The translations under genes were made by a program, and so were the position numbers. From assembly GCA_021780615.1 (NCBI GenBank), contig JAJXYJ010000021.1:3819-67818 (forward strand): 64,000 nt of DNA, in the 5' to 3' direction. Below, in pieces: positions 51,351 to 59,596 of this stretch; position 1 is the first letter of the stretch; each line of letters begins with the position of its first letter. The notes below the pieces were generated by a model that saw nothing but the letters and a program-made list of their open reading frames with translations, had not been told where the DNA came from and searched no databases. This DNA is from a bacterium (lineage in GTDB: Bacteria > Patescibacteriota > Minisyncoccia > UBA6257 > JAGOQP01).

Positions 51351-52321
51351 ATGTTTAATCAAAAGTATATAAACACTATAACCATAGAAAATATTCTTGC
51401 AACATGGAAGCAGTTTTTGCGCGGGAAAAAACAAAGAAAAGATGTGATGTTATTTCAAAGTAGATTGACTGAAAATATATCAGAGTTATTTTTTGAACTA
51501 CGCAATCAAACGTATGTGCATGGTTCGTATGTGGCGTTTAATGTTTCAGATCCGAAACCGCGCATAATTCATAAAGCTTTGGTGCGAGATAGAGTTATTC
51601 ATCATCTCATATACAAGACGTTGTATTCCTATTTTGACGAACGCTTCATTCACGATTCATATTCATGCAGAAAAGAAAAAGGCACACATCGTGCGCTTGA
51701 TCGGTTTAACACATTCGCTCGTAAAGTGTCTCAAAATTACACACGCACGTGTTATGTACTTAAATGTGATATACGAAAGTTTTTTGCGAACATAGACCAC
51801 GGGGTACTTATACAAATTTTGCAAAGACACATTGCGGACGAGGATATGCTTTGGCTGGTTGGGCGAGTAATACAGAGTTTTTATTCTGGCGCAGAAGGGT
51901 GGGTCTGCCACTTGGTAACCTTACCTCACAATTGCTTGTCAATGTATATATGCATGAATTCGATATGTATATAAAGCAAGGACTGCGAGCAAAATATTAT
52001 ATCCGTTATGCAGATGATTTTGTAATACTTTCTGATAGCAAGACACATCTTGAGGATCTGCTTATAAAAATAGATCTATTTCTTAATCAAGAACTTCATC
52101 TTTCTTTACACAAAGATAAAACATATATTAAAACATATGCGTCCGGTATTGATTTTCTCGGATGGATACATTTTCCTCGGTATAGGCAACTACGCACCAG
52201 TACCAAGCGACGGATTATAGAAAACATGAGATGGTATCCAAAACCGGAAACAATAAATTCATATAGTGGACTTTTGGGGCATGGAAATACATATAAAGTG
52301 CGAAAACAAATAGGACTATGA
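51351..52321 (+). CDS. DGR reverse transcriptase, split into two ORFs by a -1 frameshift near 51890
   Basis: The N-terminal ORF reads ...YVHGSYVAFNVSDPKPRIIHKALVRDRVIHHLIY...FIHDSYSCRKEKGTHRALDR. The second frame reads GLPLGNLTSQLLVNVYMHEFD and YIRYADDFVIL (YxDD). These are the hallmark DGR reverse transcriptase blocks. The frames switch at agaagggtgggtctgcc. Confidence 0.85.
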
Positions 52322-52416
52322 TGTATGTGTGGTAAGATTTATATTACTTTCTACTCTCTTTTATATAAAGCTTGGGAATAGTGTAATGGTATGTAGGAAT
52401 ATGGTGCAGTGATATC

Positions 52417-55065
52417 TTACTCTAAATGTATTCTTTCTCGAAATAACTTCACGTAGGCGGCTAAATACGGATATTCCGAAAGCGTCGGATTGGTGGCGAT
52501 GAGTTTAAACGCTTCATCGCGGGCCGATTGGACAAAGAGGGGATTCTGCATTGCCTGCATAGCAAGGTCGGGAAGCCCCGTCTGCTCGCTTCCCAAAAAT
52601 TGCCCCGGGCCACGGAATTTTAAATCCTTTTCTGCTAATTCAAATCCGTTTTTAGCCGTGATGAGTGCTTTAAGGCGCGCTTGGGTAGTTGCCGCCCGGC
52701 TGTCGGTCAAAAGGAAACAATATGATTGGTGCTCGCCCCGGCCCACACGACCACGGAATTGGTACAGCTGTGCCAAGCCGAATTTTTCGGCACCTTCGAT
52801 CATCATAATCGTTGCATTGGGCACATCCACACCCACTTCAATAACAGACGTGGACACCAGTATATCAATGTCGCCATCTTTGAATTTTTTCATGATGGCG
52901 TTCTTTTCCTGTGCTTTCAGTTGCCCGTGCAACATGCCAACGCGCAGGTCAGGAAATATTTTTTTGGAAAGTTTGTCATATTCGGTCTCCACATTCTTTG
53001 CATCAAGCCATAACGCGGACTTACGCTGACTTGACCCTCCTCCGCGTAAAGCTCCGGAAGGGTATGACGCGGAACCACGCAGACCGGAGTCGGCGTATGT
53101 CGGCGTGCTGTCTGCGTCTGTCTGCGCATCCGATGGTTCTATGCGCGGGCACACCACATAAATCTGCCTGCCTTCCTGGACGTGTTGGCGGATGAATGCG
53201 TATGCATCGGGGCGTTGGGCGGGGGGTACGATTTTAGTCACGATAGGCTTTCTATCCTTGGGAAGCTCATTGATAAGCGAAAGTTCCAAATCGCCAAAAA
53301 CGGTGAGTGCCAACGTGCGGGGTATGGGGGTGGCGCTCATGCTCAGAAAATGAGGACTTAACGCGGACGTACGCTGACTTGACGCAGACATTTGCTGACG
53401 GGCAGTATCATATACAATTCGTTTTATTTCTGCAGTGGTATTTGAAAAGTTAATGAGTAGAGCAAGTTTATAAGGAGATCCTTTTAGATATGTCCATATT
53501 TGTCTTTCTTCTGTTTTACCTACATAAGGGAGAGCTTTCAGCTCCACAATAATCTTATTTTCAACAATGAAGTCGGGCCTGTATATTCCTATTTTTTTAG
53601 TTCCATATATCACATCTATAGCCTTTTCTTTTTGGAAAGAAATATTTTTATTTTTAAACTCTTCTTCCAATGCTTTTTGATATAGCAGTTCCTTATGCCC
53701 TAGCCCAAGGTTTTTTCTTACGGCAAAAGCTGCTTCTCGTATTGTGTATGTAATATCTTCATAAAGAAGCTTGTTATTTTCTGCGTCAGTCTGCGTCTCA
53801 GTCTGCGATTGTCCGCGTTCAGAGAGCAGGGCTCTCTGATGGACCCCAAAGCGATGCTGTTCATCAATGACTACCAATCCCACATCCTTGAACGCGATGC
53901 TTTTTTGTATGACGGCGTGAGTGCCGATAATGATGTGTACCTTGCCGGCAGCAATGTATTCGGCAAGTTCTTTCTTTTGTATGTCGCTTTCCAGCCCATC
54001 ACCAAAAAATATGGCGGTATGTGATGCGGTCAACAACGCCACGCCATCTGAAAAATTTTTAAAGAATTGTTTGAATGTGCGGTAATGTTGGAGCGCGAGT
54101 ACTTCGGTGGGAGCCATGAATACCGCTTGTTTTTTGTGTGAGGCAACAACAAGTCCTGCGATCGCGGCAACAATGGTTTTTCCTGATCCGACATCTCCCT
54201 GCAGGAGTCGGTTGGTGGCATGATTTTTTGCCAGATCTTCTAAAATTTCATAGAGCGCTTTTTTTTGCGCGAGAGTAAGGTCAAATGGCAGGCAGGAGAA
54301 ATACTCCTTAATTTGTTGGGGGGTGTATGTGCATGCGGAGGCGGGTTGATGGGCGAATTGGTCCTTTTCGCGCGCGTTGATAAGCTGTAGCAAAAACAGG
54401 TCTTGGAATGCGAACCGGTCCCGAGCGTGCGCCGCCTCTGCAAGCGTTTCGGGGTAGTGGATCATGCGGAATGCGTCGGCGATGAGGGGGAAGTTATGGC
54501 TTTCAATGATGTTGGCTGGAAGGAATTCTTCTATGTCCGCGGCATAATCCATGACTTTATCAAGGACAAATCGAATGCCTTTGGAGGTAATGCCTTTGGT
54601 TTCGGGATATATGGGCACGATGCGGGCGGTATGTTTGGGGGCGTAGTGCTCGTGGGAAATGATTTCAAATTCGGGGTTGGAAAGATATAGTTTTTTGCCG
54701 TTGTGGGATACTTTGCCGGCGAGGTTGACGCCCATACCTTCCTTGAAGGTGTTTAATAAATAGCGTTGATTGAACCAGGTTGCCTGTATTTTTCCCGTTT
54801 CATCGGTGATGGTAATGGTAATGACCAGCAGATGCCGGCGGAATGTTTTGGATACCGATATCTTTTCGATGAGCCCATACACCGTTGCCACCTCGCCTTC
54901 CTCGACATCGGCGATGTTTTTAATCTGCGAAAAATCCTGGTAGCGGAATGGCAGGTGGTACAAAATATCTTTGACTGTCACAATGTTGAGCTTGGCGAGT
55001 TTTTCGGTAAATCGGGGTCCGATACCCTTGATATCCGAGAGTGGTGTTGCCAGAGAAAGTTGCAT
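52417..55065 (-). CDS. recG: ATP-dependent DNA helicase RecG, with a large in-frame domain insertion
   Basis: It has an N-terminal wedge domain and helicase motifs GDVGSGKT, DEQHRFGV, SATPIPRTL and QFRGRVGRG. Extra segments lie at about 53353..53811 and about 52984..53136. Confidence 0.9.
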   Translation of the reverse strand: MQLSLATPLSDIKGIGPRFTEKLAKLNIVTVKDILYHLPFRYQDFSQIKNIADVEEGEVATVYGLIEKISVSKTFRRHLLVITITITDETGKIQATWFNQRYLLNTFKEGMGVNLAGKVSHNGKKLYLSNPEFEIISHEHYAPKHTARIVPIYPETKGITSKGIRFVLDKVMDYAADIEEFLPANIIESHNFPLIADAFRMIHYPETLAEAAHARDRFAFQDLFLLQLINAREKDQFAHQPASACTYTPQQIKEYFSCLPFDLTLAQKKALYEILEDLAKNHATNRLLQGDVGSGKTIVAAIAGLVVASHKKQAVFMAPTEVLALQHYRTFKQFFKNFSDGVALLTASHTAIFFGDGLESDIQKKELAEYIAAGKVHIIIGTHAVIQKSIAFKDVGLVVIDEQHRFGVHQRALLSERGQSQTETQTDAENNKLLYEDITYTIREAAFAVRKNLGLGHKELLYQKALEEEFKNKNISFQKEKAIDVIYGTKKIGIYRPDFIVENKIIVELKALPYVGKTEERQIWTYLKGSPYKLALLINFSNTTAEIKRIVYDTARQQMSASSQRTSALSPHFLSMSATPIPRTLALTVFGDLELSLINELPKDRKPIVTKIVPPAQRPDAYAFIRQHVQEGRQIYVVCPRIEPSDAQTDADSTPTYADSGLRGSASYPSGALRGGGSSQRKSALWLDAKNVETEYDKLSKKIFPDLRVGMLHGQLKAQEKNAIMKKFKDGDIDILVSTSVIEVGVDVPNATIMMIEGAEKFGLAQLYQFRGRVGRGEHQSYCFLLTDSRAATTQARLKALITAKNGFELAEKDLKFRGPGQFLGSEQTGLPDLAMQAMQNPLFVQSARDEAFKLIATNPTLSEYPYLAAYVKLFRERIHLE

Positions 55066-55177
55066 AAAGATACATCAGTATATCATGTACAAAAATTGAC
55101 ACGAAACGCCATCTACGGTAGCCTCTATATAGAAAATTCAAATAACTATTTATAAACTCTTTGAGTAGGAGGTACTC

Positions 55178-55423
55178 ATGAAACAGCAAGACGTGGAGAA
55201 AACTAACAATGATCCATTGAAGAAGAATTCTTTTGTCGGGTTAGACAAGGATCAGCTTTCTGCAGCTGATTCTCGAAAGGGCAAAGAACTAGTGGGACCT
55301 GGAGACAATGATCATTGTCGCAAGCTCGATGATGGCGGAGAGTTTTACATTGGCAAGACTCCGCCTATACAATTTTTCCAAGACCAGCATGGAACTGGTC
55401 CGTCGGGAGTTTTTAGTAAATGA
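55178..55423 (+). CDS. Hypothetical small protein (81 aa)
   Basis: AGGAGG lies 6 nt upstream of the ATG. A terminator lies directly downstream. Confidence 0.45.
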   Translation: MKQQDVEKTNNDPLKKNSFVGLDKDQLSAADSRKGKELVGPGDNDHCRKLDDGGEFYIGKTPPIQFFQDQHGTGPSGVFSK

Positions 55424-55431
55424 TTTTTTCT

Positions 55432-55457
55432 GAGCCGCGTTAGCGGCTCTTTTCTTT
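55432..55457 (+). terminator. Rho-independent terminator
   Basis: gagccgcgttagcggctcttttcttt forms a hairpin with a T-run. Confidence 0.65.
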
Positions 55458-55545
55458 ACTTAATAACTGTTTTGTGGTAGAAGAAAGGCAGAATAACATT
55501 GAAAAATAAATATAAAATATATAAAAAAGAAAGGAATGGTGCTGT

Positions 55546-56478
55546 ATGGAACAGTATCTTGATGCGTTGGTGGATGTTCTAGACACAGGATGGGACAGGA
55601 TGACGCGAGCGACGCTTGATGGGGAATATGTTCCCGCCCGGACAAAGTTCGGAAGAGAAATGCGGTTTGATTTGAGTAATGGAAAATTTCCCATTGTTAC
55701 CACAAAAGCCGTTTCATTTCGTATGATTGCGCTTGAACTTGCCGGTTTTATTGCGGCAACACGGGATGTGCATGATTTTGATGATGTGCACGTTCCTATA
55801 TGGGATGCGAACGTATCGGCCCCTTGGTGGGAAAAATTCAAAAAATTTGAAGGGGATACAGGAAGGATTTATGGCGTTGAGTGGAGAAATTTTCCATCCC
55901 CATGGTCAAAGTCGGGAGAAGTGGATCAGCTTGCATGGATTCTGCGCATGCTTAAGGAAAATCCGAATGAGCGGCGCATGGTTATGACCGCTTGGAATCC
56001 TGCAAGTGTGCAGGAAAGCAAGGTATGCTTGCCACCGTGTCATGTCCTCGTTCATTTTGATATTATTGATGGCAAACTTTGTTTGTTTATGTACCAGCGG
56101 AGTGCTGATATGCTTTTGGGGGTGCCGTATAACATCAGCAGTTATGCACTTTTGGCGGCATTAGTTGCTCATCTGCTTGGATATCCGTTGGGCGAGTTTA
56201 TCCATTATCTGGGAGACTATCACATTTATCATAATCATTTTGAGAGTGTGAGAGAGCAGCTTAAGCGCAAACCAATGGAACTACCAACGCTTTGGATTAA
56301 TCCGGCAATCAAAAATATAGACGATTTTCGTCTGGATAAAATGATTGTGCGTATTAAAACCGAAGACGATTTTTTGAGCGGCAAACGAAAGCCACAGGAA
56401 GTTATTGATGATTACGTGAAGCTTATTGATTACAAACATCACCCCAAGCTTCCCGGCGATCAGCGTATGGCAGTTTAA
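55546..56478 (+). CDS. thyA: Thymidylate synthase (ThyA type)
   Basis: The active-site motif LPPCHVLVHF and the blocks MTAWNP and SADMLLGVPYNI are present. Confidence 0.9.
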   Translation: MEQYLDALVDVLDTGWDRMTRATLDGEYVPARTKFGREMRFDLSNGKFPIVTTKAVSFRMIALELAGFIAATRDVHDFDDVHVPIWDANVSAPWWEKFKKFEGDTGRIYGVEWRNFPSPWSKSGEVDQLAWILRMLKENPNERRMVMTAWNPASVQESKVCLPPCHVLVHFDIIDGKLCLFMYQRSADMLLGVPYNISSYALLAALVAHLLGYPLGEFIHYLGDYHIYHNHFESVREQLKRKPMELPTLWINPAIKNIDDFRLDKMIVRIKTEDDFLSGKRKPQEVIDDYVKLIDYKHHPKLPGDQRMAV

Positions 56479-56550
56479 TTATGACAAAGCAGAGGTTTCT
56501 GCTTTGGACCCCCGTTTACGGGGGTTTTTTAATGCGCTATGCTATGACAT

Positions 56551-56997
56551 ATGGCCGTCCCATCAAAAAAATTCGTCAATCCGCGGTTTGCCCGAAAGGG
56601 GGAATATGAGCGGGTGATACGGGAAATCATCGCCCAAGGGCATTGCCCGTTTTGCCCCGAAAATTTCATATACCACAAATATCCGATACTTAAGAAAAAA
56701 GGTGGGTGGGTTATTACTCGTTCCAGCTGGCCATATAAAAATGCCCAACATCATTTTTTAATCATTGGAAAAAAACATAAGGAAAACTTCAAAGATCTTA
56801 CCGCGCAGGATTTCAATGAGGTGAAAGATTTGGTCCGTTGGGCAACGCATGAGTTTTCTCTGAAAGGGGGAGCGTTGACGCTTCGTTTTGGTGATACAGA
56901 TTATACCGGTTCTACCGTTGCGCATCTGCACTTTCATCTTATCGTGCCTATTCTTAAAAAAGGAAAATCTTTGCCAGTGATGTTTCCTATAGGGTAG
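56551..56997 (+). CDS. HIT-superfamily protein (histidine triad)
   Basis: It carries the HxHxH motif AHLHFHLI and an N-terminal CPFC. Confidence 0.55.
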   Translation: MAVPSKKFVNPRFARKGEYERVIREIIAQGHCPFCPENFIYHKYPILKKKGGWVITRSSWPYKNAQHHFLIIGKKHKENFKDLTAQDFNEVKDLVRWATHEFSLKGGALTLRFGDTDYTGSTVAHLHFHLIVPILKKGKSLPVMFPIG

Positions 56998-57025
56998 TTT
57001 ATATTTTTATAAGGAATAAAAAATT

Positions 57026-57050
57026 CCCCTGCACCAGAATGATGCAGGGG
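57026..57050. terminator. Bidirectional terminator between convergent genes
   Basis: cccctgcaccagaatgatgcagggg has flanking A/T runs. Confidence 0.55.
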
Positions 57051-57054
57051 ATGT

Positions 57055-57906
57055 TTATTGTACGAGAATAATTTCTATGCCCGCACTCTTGAGGACGGTT
57101 TCGCCGTCCAAAGAGGCATGCCCCGTGGCATAGAAAAGTTTTTTGATGCCGCTTGCCGCGATGAGCTTGGCGCACACTGGGCAGGGGAAGGTAGTCACAT
57201 ACAGAGATAATCCTTCCAGCGACATGCCGTGGCGTGCGGCGGCGGCAATAATTGCTTGTTCTGCGTGAATTGCGGATGTAAGATATCCGTCCTTTCCAGC
57301 CTCGATAAAGTCACGCGGATCCCCATTCATATAAGGGATATATTCATGGGGGACGTGGGTGTTGTGTGTTTTAAGGAATGTTGTTTCCTTTGGAAAGGAG
57401 GGATTGATAACTATTGCTCCAACTCTTCTCCACCAGTCGGATGATTTATGAGCTTCGTGTGTGGCGGTATCCATCATCATCTGATCATAAGAATCTATCG
57501 ATATGCGGTCATAGTGTACATCTGATTGACTATACACTAATGAACTATCCCACTGAAGAAAATCGGAGTCAAAGGTGACGCTCTGTGCCGCCCTAAGATA
57601 TTGTGCCGCAAATGCAGAGCACACTTCGTTCGAAAGAGTGATAACATCCTTTCCGGCAAATGTTTGAGGATTGCTCTCCCCGCTGAATATCTCAATGGAA
57701 GAGAATGGGGGAATGGTGACGGTATGGTTTAAAAAATCCCATACCGTAGAAGCGTGTATACACCGAATTTCTTTATAGGGAGATATTTTTGCAACAATGT
57801 CGTCTCCGATGAGATATATTGCATCAACGGTACTCCTGTATTTCTCCAATAGATCAATATATCCTTTATGGATAACGGGTACATACAGAACAAGTATGGG
57901 TTTCAT
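57055..57906 (-). CDS. Deoxycytidylate (dCMP)/cytidine deaminase-family protein with an N-terminal extension of unknown function, about 150 aa
   Basis: The C-terminal zinc motifs HAEQAI and PCPVCAKLI are present. The N-terminal half has no recognisable motif. Confidence 0.7.
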   Translation of the reverse strand: MKPILVLYVPVIHKGYIDLLEKYRSTVDAIYLIGDDIVAKISPYKEIRCIHASTVWDFLNHTVTIPPFSSIEIFSGESNPQTFAGKDVITLSNEVCSAFAAQYLRAAQSVTFDSDFLQWDSSLVYSQSDVHYDRISIDSYDQMMMDTATHEAHKSSDWWRRVGAIVINPSFPKETTFLKTHNTHVPHEYIPYMNGDPRDFIEAGKDGYLTSAIHAEQAIIAAAARHGMSLEGLSLYVTTFPCPVCAKLIAASGIKKLFYATGHASLDGETVLKSAGIEIILVQ

Positions 57907-58499
57907 CGCTTACCTCCTTTTGATATTTTGTTGGCAAGATCAGTGATTTTTTTACCGAAGTCGGAAATTTCACTGATAATGGGAAATAGTTCTCCCTTGA
58001 GCATTCCCTGCACAATGTCTGAAGATGATGTGCTTTCCGCTTGGCGGGGGAGTACCTTTATTTCCGAACAGAACTCTCTAATATGTTCAAGTTGCTCTTC
58101 GGGATAACTGTCTTCAACAGCGATAAACATGTCGGGACGGAGCAGTTTTATGAGTTTGTACTGCCACTGCCCCTGGGCATTCAGATCTTCTACAAGCGTT
58201 ATGTAGTCGACGAACCCCAAGTACGTGAGCATTTCCATGCGTTCTTCCTGCGGAACGATGGGGCGGTACTGCCCTTTGTAGAGCTTTATTGCCGCGTCGC
58301 TATCAACGCCGACAATAAGGATGTCGCCGTGCTTGCTGGCCTCTAATAGGTATCGGGTATGCCCTATGTGGAGCAAGTCCCAACTGCCTATAGTTACCAC
58401 AATTTTATGCCCCAATGTCCGCTGGGCATCGATGACTTTGTTAAGGATAGCATAGTCCTTAACAATCTTTTTTTCGAGGTTTTTTCTGTCATTATTCAT
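57903..58499 (-). CDS. Cytidylyltransferase-family nucleotidyltransferase (TagD/RfaE domain II-like)
   Basis: The HxGH motif GSWDLLHIGHTRYL is present. There is a 4-nt overlap with the downstream deaminase gene. Confidence 0.65.
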   Translation of the reverse strand: MNNDRKNLEKKIVKDYAILNKVIDAQRTLGHKIVVTIGSWDLLHIGHTRYLLEASKHGDILIVGVDSDAAIKLYKGQYRPIVPQEERMEMLTYLGFVDYITLVEDLNAQGQWQYKLIKLLRPDMFIAVEDSYPEEQLEHIREFCSEIKVLPRQAESTSSSDIVQGMLKGELFPIISEISDFGKKITDLANKISKGGKR

Positions 58500-58719
58500 G
58501 GCAGCCCTCCTTTCCTTTTATTGTTTTTATTATTTATTTATTTTCTATTTCAATTATCTTCCTATACATAAGCACGAAATGTATGTTTGGTCAATGATGT
58601 TAGCGTGATTGCTTTTGGGGGGCTTTTTTGATATGGTGTCTGCTGTCTAGCGGTTATGTGATTATTTTTATTATCGAGTGGATAATACATAACATGTACT
58701 GGTGGTGTGCAACGTATAT

Positions 58720-58791
58720 GCGCTCGTCGTTCAACGGATAGGACACAAGATTGCGGATCTTGTAATAGGGGTTCGATTCCCTTCGAGCGCA
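58720..58791 (+). tRNA. tRNA-Arg, anticodon GCG
   Basis: It folds into a cloverleaf. The acceptor stem is gcgctcg/cgagcgc, the anticodon stem is caaga/tcttg with loop ttGCGga, the T-loop is TTCGATT, and no CCA is encoded. Confidence 0.7.
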
Positions 58792-58805
58792 CTTGTAGAA
58801 AAAAC

Positions 58806-58877
58806 TGTCTCCGTAGTTTAACGGATAGAATATCTCCCTCCGAAGGAGACGGTACAGGTTCAATTCCTGTCGGGGAC
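58806..58877 (+). tRNA. tRNA-Arg, anticodon CCG
   Basis: The acceptor stem is gtctccg/cggggac, the anticodon stem is tctcc/ggaga with loop ctCCGaa, and the T-arm is acagg-ttcaatt-cctgt. Confidence 0.7.
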
Positions 58878-58914
58878 ACAAAAACAAGAATTCCTGTTGG
58901 AGCTATATAATAAA

Positions 58915-58941
58915 AATCACCCGCAAAGGAGTGATTTTTTT
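58915..58941 (+). terminator. Rho-independent terminator after the tRNA pair
   Basis: atcacccgcaaaggagtgattttttt forms a hairpin with a T-run. Confidence 0.6.
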
Positions 58942-58960
58942 GTGTCATAAAAAAAGCATC

Positions 58961-59596
58961 TTAGATGCCAATCATTTTTGAAAGGACATCAATCAATGAT
59001 GGTTCCATTTTTTTCTGCACAATCTTTTTTTCAATAAGAATGCTTTGTATTTTTGAGCGATCGGCGCGATGGATGCGAATTCGTAGAATAGGGCGTAGTT
59101 TTTCTCGGAAAAGAAGAAAAAGTTCTATGTCATCAGGGGCAAATTCATACAAATCAAATGCGGCAAAATGAGAGTATTCGTACACTGATTCGTAATCACC
59201 AAAAATAATTTTTTCATCAGTGAGTGTGAAAGTGTATACATGTGCTTGCTGTGAAGATAAAAATAAAACAGTACCTGTGGCGAGGATAACAAAGACACCA
59301 AAGAGAAAATCTTTTTGCCATATGGCAAAAAGTAACAGGAAAACCATACTCACAAAGAGTGTGGTATAAAAGACTCCTGTGCGTTCTCGTTCGGTGTGTC
59401 GAGAGATGTTCCAGGTAAGAAGAACGCGATCAGTATCGTGTTCCGGTAGTGCCGGTGATGATGAGTTAAGTGCTGGCTGATCCATAGAATGGTAGTATAC
59501 CGCGTCAGCGTGACGAAAGCTATATTTGATCAAGAGGTGTTGTTCCCAAGAGTTCCAATCCCGTGGCCAGTACGTGTGCCGCTTTTCTGAGTACAT
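58961..59596 (-). CDS. Hypothetical membrane protein, start uncertain
   Basis: It has 2-3 TM helices. The annotated ORF overlaps the argS 3' end. An alternative start lies at 59485. Confidence 0.4.
   Translation of the reverse strand: MYSEKRHTYWPRDWNSWEQHLLIKYSFRHADAVYYHSMDQPALNSSSPALPEHDTDRVLLTWNISRHTERERTGVFYTTLFVSMVFLLLFAIWQKDFLFGVFVILATGTVLFLSSQQAHVYTFTLTDEKIIFGDYESVYEYSHFAAFDLYEFAPDDIELFLLFREKLRPILRIRIHRADRSKIQSILIEKKIVQKKMEPSLIDVLSKMIGI

Larger units (their letters stand above)
49810..52321 (+). mobile_element. Diversity-generating retroelement cassette (target-VR, hairpin, TR, avd on the opposite strand, reverse transcriptase)
   Basis: It combines a VR/TR pair with adenine-specific differences, AAC codons in the TR, an Avd-like gene and a DGR-type reverse transcriptase. 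Confidence 0.8.

Noticed and set aside
53353-53811. Intein in recG
   Set aside because: The insert lacks the N-terminal Cys/Ser/Thr nucleophile block and the C-terminal HN plus Cys/Ser/Thr block. It has a GxxExxY-type motif instead, so it is treated as a retained domain insertion.
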